Shown in pieces: positions 1 through 7,466 of a DNA stretch of 64,000 nt. Below the pieces are notes generated by a model. That model worked only from the letters and a program-made list of their open reading frames with translations. It was not told the DNA's origin and searched no databases. How positions within the stretch are numbered: position 1 is the stretch's first letter; each line of letters opens with the position of its first letter. The stretch is from assembly GCA_965223415.1 (NCBI GenBank), contig OZ245002.1:640001-704000 (forward strand). The letters are read 5' to 3'. This stretch comes from Myxococcota bacterium (GTDB lineage Bacteria > Myxococcota_A > UBA9160 > UBA6930). The translations under genes and the position numbers were made by a program.

Positions 1-123
1 GCGCCGGGGCTTTCGCTTCCCCTCGCTGCCGACGGCTCGGAGGACGCCCTGGGTCACCTCGGACCTGCCCTTCACGTCACCGCTCCCCTGGTTCCCCCCG
101 TGCCGCTCACCGCTCTCGCTCAC
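1..123 (-). CDS. 5' end of a gene leaving the window; possibly a ribonucleotide reductase (inferred from upstream NrdR-like boxes only)
   Basis: GTG at 123 after purine-rich AGGGGAAGAAT; open frame VSESGERHGG...GKRKPRR to window edge. Confidence 0.45.
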   Translation of the reverse strand, partial: MSESGERHGGNQGSGDVKGRSEVTQGVLRAVGSEGKRKPRR

Positions 124-138
124 ATTCTTCCCCTGTCT

Positions 139-183
139 TCCCGTGTGTCCCGTGTGTCCCGTGTGTCCCGAGTTTCCCGTGTG
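139..183. repeat. 9-bp tandem repeat TCCCGTGTG x5 (4th copy degenerate)
   Basis: Units at 139,148,157,166,175. Confidence 0.9.
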
Positions 184-469
184 TGCATCCAGCGCCGCTG
201 GTGGTTCCGCCCTCGACCCTGCGTCGGTCCCCGAGGCCGAAGCGCCGCGCCGCGGTGACCGACGGAGAATCGAGGTCCGGAGACGAGAGAGGCCCCGGGT
301 AGAACCCGGGGCCCCCGAGCCAGGGCAGGTCCTCCTTCCCGCCGCAAGCTCACTTCCCTCCGGCAACCGCCTGTTTTCGAACCCCCCAGGCCACCGGAAG
401 GAGATCATCCCCGTGGAGACTGTCTTAGCTGGAACGCCCTCCGCGAGTCAACGAAAAAGATGCGCTCAA

Positions 470-517
470 CCACCAAATCTGGTGTTGGTCTGCCGAGAGT
501 ACCACAAGGGCTCGTGT
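470..517. promoter_or_regulatory. Tandem NrdR-like boxes
   Basis: CCACCAAATCTGGTGT (470-485) and CCACAAGGGCTCGTGT (502-517), 32 bp apart; resemble acaCwAtATaTwGtgt. Confidence 0.6.
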
Positions 518-646
518 TCCAAGGGGTTTTGGAGCGAAAGCGAGCTGCCGTGGGGGACCGGCGAGCGGCCCGACCCGCAGGGGATTGCCTTAACCACCCG
601 ATTGCAAAGACTTAACGCGTCGCGCTAACGCGTCGCGTCGAAGCGC

Positions 647-1378
647 TCAGCGGTGCCGGTTGTGGATCCAGACCCGAGCAGCGCCGCCGCCGTCGGGGAT
701 CCGCTTCACCGCCAGGGCGACCCGGTTGTCCCGGTCCAGGGCGTCCCAGTAGCGGGCCGCCACCGCCTCGGCGTCGCCCTCCAGGGGGAGCCACAGGGGA
801 TCGCCGCGGAACGGAGGGAGGGGAGAGCCGTCGCCCTGGTAGGTGGTAAGGCCCAGGCCGAGCCCGGCCGGCGGCGGCGCGGGACGGTAGGTCGTGCGAT
901 CGGTGGCGGCGGGATCCGCTTCGTTGGCGCGCAGGACCGAGAGCGCCAGGGCCGGCGCGGCCTCGCGCAGGTCGAGCATGCCGCTGATGCGGGGCGTGTA
1001 GTTGGGAGCGTCCGGCTCCCGCTCGCGGGTGGCGAGGGCCGCCTCGAAGCTGCCGCCGCTCGCCAGGGCGTCGGCGACGGTGCGGGTCTGGTCGCCATTG
1101 GTGACGAGATGGACCCCCGGGAGCTCGAGCATCGCCTCGTAGATGATGAGGGAGGGGTCCTCGACGGCGCTGGCGTCGTGGGGCTCGGTGCGCAGCGTCC
1201 CGCCCTCGGCGACGAACACCCGGTTCCGGCTGTTCGGGCTGCGGCCCATGATCCAGTAGACCTGCAGCCAGGCCCGATCGGACGCCTCGCGCCCGATCAC
1301 GAGGCCGCGGCCGGGATAGGTGTTCTGCTCCAGGTGCCCCACGAAGCCCGCCTTGGCCTGGGCCGCGAGATCGCTCAT
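647..1378 (-). CDS. IMP cyclohydrolase-like protein (PurO-like, Ntn-hydrolase fold)
   Basis: YPGRGLVIG, YWIMGRSPNSRNR, VTNGDQT, EPDAPNYTPRISG motifs. Confidence 0.8.
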   Translation of the reverse strand: MSDLAAQAKAGFVGHLEQNTYPGRGLVIGREASDRAWLQVYWIMGRSPNSRNRVFVAEGGTLRTEPHDASAVEDPSLIIYEAMLELPGVHLVTNGDQTRTVADALASGGSFEAALATREREPDAPNYTPRISGMLDLREAAPALALSVLRANEADPAATDRTTYRPAPPPAGLGLGLTTYQGDGSPLPPFRGDPLWLPLEGDAEAVAARYWDALDRDNRVALAVKRIPDGGGAARVWIHNRHR

Positions 1379-1385
1379 GCCCCGC

Positions 1386-2072
1386 TCACTCCGGCAGCCC
1401 GGTGAGCCGCCAGCCCAGGCCCTCGGGCACCTTGTAGCGGATGTTGAGGCCGATCAGCAGCGCCGTGATCTCCTCGACGATCTTCGCGTTCGAGAGCGGC
1501 CCACCGTGGATGGCGCGCAGGCCGGGAACCAGCGCGCACAGGCCGGAGACGGTCTCTCGCGCGTCCTTCGGGCCGGAGACCAGCACGTCGCACTCCACCG
1601 GATCGGCCAGGTGCTGGAGGCGGTGGGCCGAGACGTTCTGGAAGGCGGACACCACGTCCACGCCCTTCGGGACCAGGCCCTGGACCATCTCGGCGGCGGA
1701 GCCCTGCCAGATGCCGAGGGTGCGCACGGCGCCGTCGCCGATGGCCGTCGCCAGCGGCACCGCCATCGAGACGACGATCTGCCCGGGCTGGAGCGCCTCC
1801 TTGATCGTCTTGACCGTGCCCGCCGTGTGCTCGAAGGGCACGGAGAGGATCACGATCCGGGCCTTGGGCGTGGCCTCGGCGTTCTCGTAGCCGACGACGT
1901 CGGCGTCCGGGACCTGCTGCTTCACCTCGTCGGCGGCGGTCACCGCGCGGTCGGCCTTGCGCGAGCCGATCACGACCGGGCGGCCGGCCTGGGCGAAGCG
2001 CAGGGCGAGGCCGAGGCCCTGGTCGCCGGTGCCGCCGAGGATGGTGATGGCGTCGGGGTTCGGTGTGGTCAT
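1386..2072 (-). CDS. npdG: NADPH-dependent F420 reductase
   Basis: ILGGTGDQGLGLALR, IGSR, GSAAE, SAFQNVSA, LLIGLNIRYK. Confidence 0.9.
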   Translation of the reverse strand: MTTPNPDAITILGGTGDQGLGLALRFAQAGRPVVIGSRKADRAVTAADEVKQQVPDADVVGYENAEATPKARIVILSVPFEHTAGTVKTIKEALQPGQIVVSMAVPLATAIGDGAVRTLGIWQGSAAEMVQGLVPKGVDVVSAFQNVSAHRLQHLADPVECDVLVSGPKDARETVSGLCALVPGLRAIHGGPLSNAKIVEEITALLIGLNIRYKVPEGLGWRLTGLPE

Positions 2073-2099
2073 GGGGGGCGCAGGCTAGCATCCGCCCGG

Positions 2100-2414
2100 A
2101 TGTCCGACGACGCAGCCACACCGGCCACGACACCGACGGAGATCGCCCAGGCCGGCCCCCGCGAGCTCCGCATCACCTGGGCCGACGGCGCCGTCCTCAG
2201 CTACGACGTTCGCGGGCTGCGCCTGGCCTGCGGCTGCGCCCAGTGCGTCGACGAGTGGACCGGCGAGGGCCGGCTCGACCCCGCCTCCGTCCCCGACGAC
2301 GTCCACCCCCTGCGCATCGAGCCCGTGGGCCGCTACGCCCTCCAGATCCACTGGAGCGACGGCCACGACACCGGCATCTACCCCTACCGCCGCCTCCGCC
2401 ACCTCACCGAGTGA
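2100..2414 (+). CDS. DUF971 / GBBH-like N-terminal domain protein
   Basis: LRLACGCAQC, VGRYALQIHWSDGHDTGIY. Confidence 0.85.
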   Translation: MSDDAATPATTPTEIAQAGPRELRITWADGAVLSYDVRGLRLACGCAQCVDEWTGEGRLDPASVPDDVHPLRIEPVGRYALQIHWSDGHDTGIYPYRRLRHLTE

Positions 2415-2417
2415 GTC

Positions 2418-2470
2418 AGGGACCGGCTCCCGTGTTGCGTTAGGGGCCGGTTCCGTTTGTTGCGTTGTCG
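2418..2470. repeat. REP-like intergenic repeat, two tandem ~24-25 bp units
   Basis: AGGGACCGGCTCCCGTGTTGCGTT + AGGGGCCGGTTCCGTTTGTTGCGTT + GTCG; related copy at 16488-16526. Confidence 0.8.
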
Positions 2471-2471
2471 G

Positions 2472-2999
2472 TCAGAAGCGGTCGTCCTTGAGGAGGCCGA
2501 TCCAGTCGAGCTCCCGGTACTCGCCGTCGACGTCCATGCCGTAGCCGATGACCCAGCCGGCCTCGAGCTCGAAGGCGGCGTAGTCGACGGAGACGGATTC
2601 CCGGCGGCGCTCGCGCTTGTCGATCAGCACGACGGTGCGCACCGAGCGGGGCTCGCCCAAGGCGACGATCTCGAGGACGGCCTGCAGGGTGGCGCCCTCG
2701 TCGGCGATGTCGTCGGCGACGAGCACGTCGCGATCCTCAAGGCCGTCCGGATCGAAGTGCTCCACCTGGACGGGGCCGAGGGTGGTGCCCTCGGTCCGCC
2801 GGGCGCGCACGTCGAGGCGCTCGGGCTCGACGCCGCGCCGCCCGAGCTCCCGCAGCAGGTCGTCGACGAAGCGCCGGGCGCCCTCGGCGATGCAGATCAG
2901 CGTGACGGGCGAATCCGCGTAGTCCCGCGCGAGCCGGTCCGCGAGCTCCCGCACCCGCGCCCGGATCTCCTCCTCGCTGAACAAGGGCTCGATGCGCAT
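2472..2999 (-). CDS. hpt: Hypoxanthine phosphoribosyltransferase-like
   Basis: VLVADDIADEGATL PRPP motif, VIGYGMD, YREL. Confidence 0.8.
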   Translation of the reverse strand: MRIEPLFSEEEIRARVRELADRLARDYADSPVTLICIAEGARRFVDDLLRELGRRGVEPERLDVRARRTEGTTLGPVQVEHFDPDGLEDRDVLVADDIADEGATLQAVLEIVALGEPRSVRTVVLIDKRERRRESVSVDYAAFELEAGWVIGYGMDVDGEYRELDWIGLLKDDRF

Positions 3000-3019
3000 G
3001 GCCGGCGCTATCGTAACCG

Positions 3020-3946
3020 ATGGCCATGACCGCCCTGGAACGCGCCGTCTCCGTCTCCGCCTTCCCCGTCGTCTTCGGGGGAAGCCTGCTCTGGGCCGTC
3101 GCCTCGATGGAGGACGGCACCCCGCCGAACCTGGCGGTCGCCGGCCCGATGCTCGTGCCCATGGCGATCGTGCTCGTGCTCGAGCGCCTCTTCCCTCACC
3201 ACCGCTCCTGGCTTCGCAACCGCGGCGACGTCCGCGTCGACCTCTGCCACGCGGTGAGCGTCAGCCTGACCTCCGGCGCGGCCTCGGCGCTGACCTTCCT
3301 CGCCATCGTGCCGGGGGCGGCCTGGCTGGCCGCCCGCTTCGGCGCGCCGCTCTGGCCGGCGGCCGCGCCCTGGTGGGCGCAGCTCGTGCTCGCCCTCGTC
3401 GTCGCGGAGCTCCCCAAGTACTGGCTCCACCGCTGCATGCACGAGAACGACTTCCTCTGGCGCTTCCACGCCACCCACCACAGCCCCGAGCGCCTCTACT
3501 TCCTGAACGCCACGCGCTTCCACCCGATCGACATCGGCCTGGACGCCGTCGTCGGCCTCGCGCCCCTCGTGCTGCTCGGCGTGACGGCGGAGGCGGCTGC
3601 CCTCTTCACCCTCGTCTCCACCGTCCACGGCTTCTTCCAGCACGCCAACCTGAAGCTGCGCCTCGGCCCCCTGAACCACTTCTTCTCGATGGCCGAGCTG
3701 CACCGCTGGCACCACTCCCGCACGGTCGAAGAGGCCAACCACAACTACGGCCAGAACGTCATCGTGTGGGACACGCTCTTCGGGACCCGCTTCCTGCCGA
3801 AGGACCGGGAGCCCCCGGAGCACATCGGCATCCCGGACCTCGAGGCCTTCCCCCAGACCTACTGGCGCCAGCTGGCCTCGCCCTTCCGCTGGCAGCGCAT
3901 CCGCGCCGCCTCCGATGCGTCGGCTCAGTCTTCCGGGAGCGCATAG
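3020..3946 (+). CDS. Sterol desaturase / fatty acid hydroxylase family
   Basis: His boxes YWLHRCMH, FHATHHS, FQHAN, LHRWHHS; NYG..WDTLFGT. Confidence 0.9.
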   Translation: MAMTALERAVSVSAFPVVFGGSLLWAVASMEDGTPPNLAVAGPMLVPMAIVLVLERLFPHHRSWLRNRGDVRVDLCHAVSVSLTSGAASALTFLAIVPGAAWLAARFGAPLWPAAAPWWAQLVLALVVAELPKYWLHRCMHENDFLWRFHATHHSPERLYFLNATRFHPIDIGLDAVVGLAPLVLLGVTAEAAALFTLVSTVHGFFQHANLKLRLGPLNHFFSMAELHRWHHSRTVEEANHNYGQNVIVWDTLFGTRFLPKDREPPEHIGIPDLEAFPQTYWRQLASPFRWQRIRAASDASAQSSGSA

Positions 3947-5835
3947 GCGACGAGGCTGTCTCCCAGGTCGATCGCGATGCGCCCGTAGCCGCCGGCGGCG
4001 ATCACCACGACCTGGCGCCCCTCGTGGCGGAACGTCATCGGCACCGCCTGGCCGCCGGCGGGAAGGGACGTCTCCCACAGCTCCCGGCCCGTCTCCACGT
4101 CGAAGGCGCGGAACTTCGAGTCGAAGGTCGCGGCCAGGAAGACGAGCCCGCTCTTCGTGACCAGAGGCCCCCCGAGACCGGGCAGGCCCCAGGTTCCGAG
4201 CAGCGGGAGGTCGCCGATCTCGATGCTCCAGCGCAGGTCCCCGCTCTGCAGATCGACGGCGTGGAGCGTGCCCCAGGGAGGCGCGTTGCACGGCGCGCCG
4301 AGGGGCGACGTCAACATCTCGCGACTCATCCCCCAGGCCGCGCCCTCCTGCGGCGCAAACTCCATCCCGCTGCGGCGCTCGGCCTTGGCCTTCTCGTACT
4401 CGTCCCGCGGGTAGAGCGTCACGACCCAGGGAACGTCCATCACGTTGGCCAGCAGGAGCTGGCGCTCGGGATCCACCGCGACGCCACCCCAGTTCGAGCC
4501 GCCGGCGTTGCCCGGGATCATGATCGAGCCCTGCACGGTCGGGGGCGTGAAGGCCCCGTCGAAGCGCAGGGACGCGATGCGCTCCCGGCACTTCCCCCGG
4601 TCCCAGAAGGTGAGCCCCCACGCGTCCTCGGGCCGGAGGTCGAGGCGCATGAGCGGCGGCGGCTTCACGGGAAAGGGCTGGGTCTTCGAGAGCACGAAGC
4701 CCTCCTCACCTTCCTGGGGCACCGGCCGCTCCTCGACCGGGAAGAGGGGCTCGCCGGTCCGGCGGTCGAGGATGAAGAGATGGCTGCTCTTGGTTGGCTG
4801 CACCACGGCGGGGACCGATGCGCCGCCCCGCCGCAGCGGGAACAGCACCGGCTGGGCCGGGACGTCGAGGTCCCACACGTCGTGGTGCACGGTCTGGAAG
4901 GCCCAGGCCACCTTCCCGGTGCGCGCGTGGAGCGCGACGGTGCTGCTGCCGTAGTGGTCGAGGCCCTGGCGATGGGCGCTGGCGTAGTCCGGCGTCGGGT
5001 TGCCGGTGGGCACGAAGAGCAGATCGCGTTCGGCGTCGTAGGCCATGGGCGCCCACACGTTGGGCGTGGAGAGCATCCAGCCGCTCTCGGGATCGCGCTT
5101 GCCGCCGGGCTGGTCCGGCGGCGCCAGGTCCCAGGCCCAGGCCATCTCGCCCGTGCGCACGTCGAAGGCGCGGATCACGCCGGAGGGTGCCTCGACGCGC
5201 TGGTTGTCGCCGACCGCCGAGCCCACCACGACGAGATCGCCCGCCACCGTGGGCGCGGAGGTCAGCTGGTACTCGCCCCGCCAGCGCTGCTCGCCGACCC
5301 CCGGGTTCAGATCGACCGGGCCTCCGCCGGCGAAGTCGGGGCACGGCTGGCCGGTCGTGGCGTCCAGGGCGAAGAGCCGCGCGTCCACCGTGTTCATCAG
5401 GATGCGATGGCGGCACGGCGCCCCCGCCTCCGCGCTGGGATCGATCCAGCTCGCGACGCCGCGGCACACGAGCTGGTTCGCCCACCGGGCGTGGCGATCG
5501 ATCTCCGGGTCGAAGATCCAGCGCTCCTCGCCGGTCAGCGGGTCGAGGGCGAAGACGCGATTAAAGGGCGTGCAGCCGTAGAGGGTGCCGTCGACCAGGA
5601 GCGGCGTGAGCTGGAAGGCGCTGGTCGTGCCGAAGGGCGGCGAGCCGTCGGAGACGTCGCCGTGGCGCCAGGTCCACAGCACCTCGAGGTCGCCGACATT
5701 CGCCGGCGTGATCTGCTCGAGGGGGCTGTAGCGCATACCGCCGGCATCGTTGCCCCAGTGGGGCCAGTCCGCGTCCTGGGCGGCGGCGCTGGAGGCAAGG
5801 AGGAAGGCGGCGAGCCAGGCGAGGCGGGGGATCAA
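3925..5835 (-). CDS. PQQ-dependent dehydrogenase (glucose/quinate type), exported
   Basis: Signal peptide, WPHWG..RYSPLEQITPANV, CRGV, HHDVWDLDVPAQP, PCNAPPWG; TTG start inferred. Confidence 0.9.
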   Translation of the reverse strand: MIPRLAWLAAFLLASSAAAQDADWPHWGNDAGGMRYSPLEQITPANVGDLEVLWTWRHGDVSDGSPPFGTTSAFQLTPLLVDGTLYGCTPFNRVFALDPLTGEERWIFDPEIDRHARWANQLVCRGVASWIDPSAEAGAPCRHRILMNTVDARLFALDATTGQPCPDFAGGGPVDLNPGVGEQRWRGEYQLTSAPTVAGDLVVVGSAVGDNQRVEAPSGVIRAFDVRTGEMAWAWDLAPPDQPGGKRDPESGWMLSTPNVWAPMAYDAERDLLFVPTGNPTPDYASAHRQGLDHYGSSTVALHARTGKVAWAFQTVHHDVWDLDVPAQPVLFPLRRGGASVPAVVQPTKSSHLFILDRRTGEPLFPVEERPVPQEGEEGFVLSKTQPFPVKPPPLMRLDLRPEDAWGLTFWDRGKCRERIASLRFDGAFTPPTVQGSIMIPGNAGGSNWGGVAVDPERQLLLANVMDVPWVVTLYPRDEYEKAKAERRSGMEFAPQEGAAWGMSREMLTSPLGAPCNAPPWGTLHAVDLQSGDLRWSIEIGDLPLLGTWGLPGLGGPLVTKSGLVFLAATFDSKFRAFDVETGRELWETSLPAGGQAVPMTFRHEGRQVVVIAAGGYGRIAIDLGDSLVAYALPED

Positions 5836-6650
5836 GGGTCGTCTCCGTCGAGGGCGACAAGGAAGGAGCGCAGGACCGGGTTGACGGCGTCGGGCCGCGC
5901 GAGGTTCACCACGTGGCCGGCGTCGGCGACCACCTCGAGCCGGGCCCGGGGTAGCCGCTCCGCCAGCTCCCGACACACCGGCAGGGAGGCGGCGTCCCGC
6001 CCTCCCGCCAGCACCAGGCAGGGAACGTCCAGCGCGGCGAGCCGTGGCGCAAGCTCGGCCGGGGGCGCCCGGCGCCCCAGGAACTCGCGCAGCAGGTGGG
6101 CCAGGCCGTGGGCCGGATGCTCCAGGAAGCCCTGACGCACGAGGGCGGCGCCCCGCGCGTCGAGGCCGGATTCGGGCCCCCAGGCGAAGCGGGCGCCGGC
6201 GGCGTCCACCCCATCCTGCAGGAGCGCCTCCGCGAAGGCCTCGGCGTGGGCGGAGACGCCGCCGCCCCCCGGACCCGCGGGTAGGGACGCGAGGACGAGG
6301 CCCCGCGGCACCTCCGGCTGGGCGAGGGCCCAGGCGAGCGCCACGGCCGCACCCATCGAGAGGCCGCCGACCACGGGATGGGGGTCGCCGGCGAAGCGCA
6401 CCACCGCATCGAAGTCGCCCACGAGCGCCGCCTCGCCATAGGCGGCCGGATCGTCCGGCGCCTCGCTGCGCGCGTGGCCCCGAGCGTCGTAGGTGACGAC
6501 GCTGACGACGTCCTTCAGCGCGCGCACCTGCGGCCGCCAGTTGCGGGCGCTGCCGGCGAAGCCGTGGGCCAGCACCAACGCCGGGCCGGAGCCGCTCCGC
6601 TCGACATGCAGGCCGGCCGGGGCCAGACTCGTCGCGTCGCCCGCCACCAC
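5832..6650 (-). CDS. Alpha/beta hydrolase
   Basis: HGF, DARGHARS, GLSMG, AGHVVN. Confidence 0.9.
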   Translation of the reverse strand: MVAGDATSLAPAGLHVERSGSGPALVLAHGFAGSARNWRPQVRALKDVVSVVTYDARGHARSEAPDDPAAYGEAALVGDFDAVVRFAGDPHPVVGGLSMGAAVALAWALAQPEVPRGLVLASLPAGPGGGGVSAHAEAFAEALLQDGVDAAGARFAWGPESGLDARGAALVRQGFLEHPAHGLAHLLREFLGRRAPPAELAPRLAALDVPCLVLAGGRDAASLPVCRELAERLPRARLEVVADAGHVVNLARPDAVNPVLRSFLVALDGDDP

Positions 6651-6664
6651 CCCGAGAGGATCCC

Positions 6665-7459
6665 ATGGCGAAGCCCGCGCCGCATCCCATTCCCGCCGCC
6701 ACGATCCTCCTCCTCCGCGACGGGCGGGAGGGCCTCGAGGTGCTGATGGTCGAGCGCCACCACAAGATCGACTTCGTGGCCGGCGCCATGGTCTTCCCCG
6801 GCGGCGCGATCGACGAGGCCGACGGCGACCCGGCCCTCGCGGCCCGCTGCGACGGCGTGGAAGGGCTGGGCGACGCGGAGCGCGCCTTCCGGGTCGGCGG
6901 CATCCGCGAGACCTTCGAGGAGGCCGGCGTTCTGCTCGCCCGCCGCCGAAACGAGGAGAGCCTCGTGGGCGAGCGCGACCTCGCGGAGCTCTCGGCCCGC
7001 CACCGCATCGACGTCCACGAGGGACGCACCGCCATGCGCCAGCTCGCCGAGCGGGAGGACCTGGTACTCGCCTGCGACCGCATGGTGCCCTTCGCCCACT
7101 GGATCACCCCGGCGATGATGCCGAAGCGCTTCGACACCCGGTTCTTCCTGGTCGACGCACCGACCGACCACGTCGCCGTCCACGACGGCACCGAGAGCGT
7201 CGACTCGGCCTGGATCCGACCCGCCGATGCGGTGGCCGACGCCGAGGCCGGCCGCCGCCAGGTGATCTTCCCGACGCTCATGAACGTGAAGAAGCTCGGC
7301 CGCGCCGCGAACGTGGCGGACGCCCTGGGCGCGGCGCGCCGCGAGCCGATCGTGCCCGTGCTCCCGGTCGTGGAGGATCGCGACGGCGTCCCGACCCTCG
7401 TGCTGCCGCAGGACGCGGGCTACGAGGTGACGGAAGCGCCGGTCAGCAGCTTGCGGTGA
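6665..7459 (+). CDS. NUDIX hydrolase (NUDT19-like)
   Basis: VFPGG, IRETFEEAG, HWITP..KRFDTRFF. Confidence 0.9.
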   Translation: MAKPAPHPIPAATILLLRDGREGLEVLMVERHHKIDFVAGAMVFPGGAIDEADGDPALAARCDGVEGLGDAERAFRVGGIRETFEEAGVLLARRRNEESLVGERDLAELSARHRIDVHEGRTAMRQLAEREDLVLACDRMVPFAHWITPAMMPKRFDTRFFLVDAPTDHVAVHDGTESVDSAWIRPADAVADAEAGRRQVIFPTLMNVKKLGRAANVADALGAARREPIVPVLPVVEDRDGVPTLVLPQDAGYEVTEAPVSSLR

Positions 7460-7466
7460 GCGGGTC

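Noticed and set aside
139..183. CRISPR-like array
   Set aside because: 9-bp head-to-tail units, no spacers, no cas genes
124..470. Cobalamin riboswitch in the long leader
   Set aside because: Could not identify a B12 box by eye; needs Infernal
613..637. 12-bp direct repeat TAACGCGTCGCG x2
   Set aside because: Short local duplication with no supporting context
2992..6135. 1047-aa + strand ORF and similar long Arg/Pro/Gly-rich ORFs (28125-31901, 41504-46249, 50874-54026)
   Set aside because: Shadow frames of high-GC genes; only some 3' ends coincide with real genes, annotated separately
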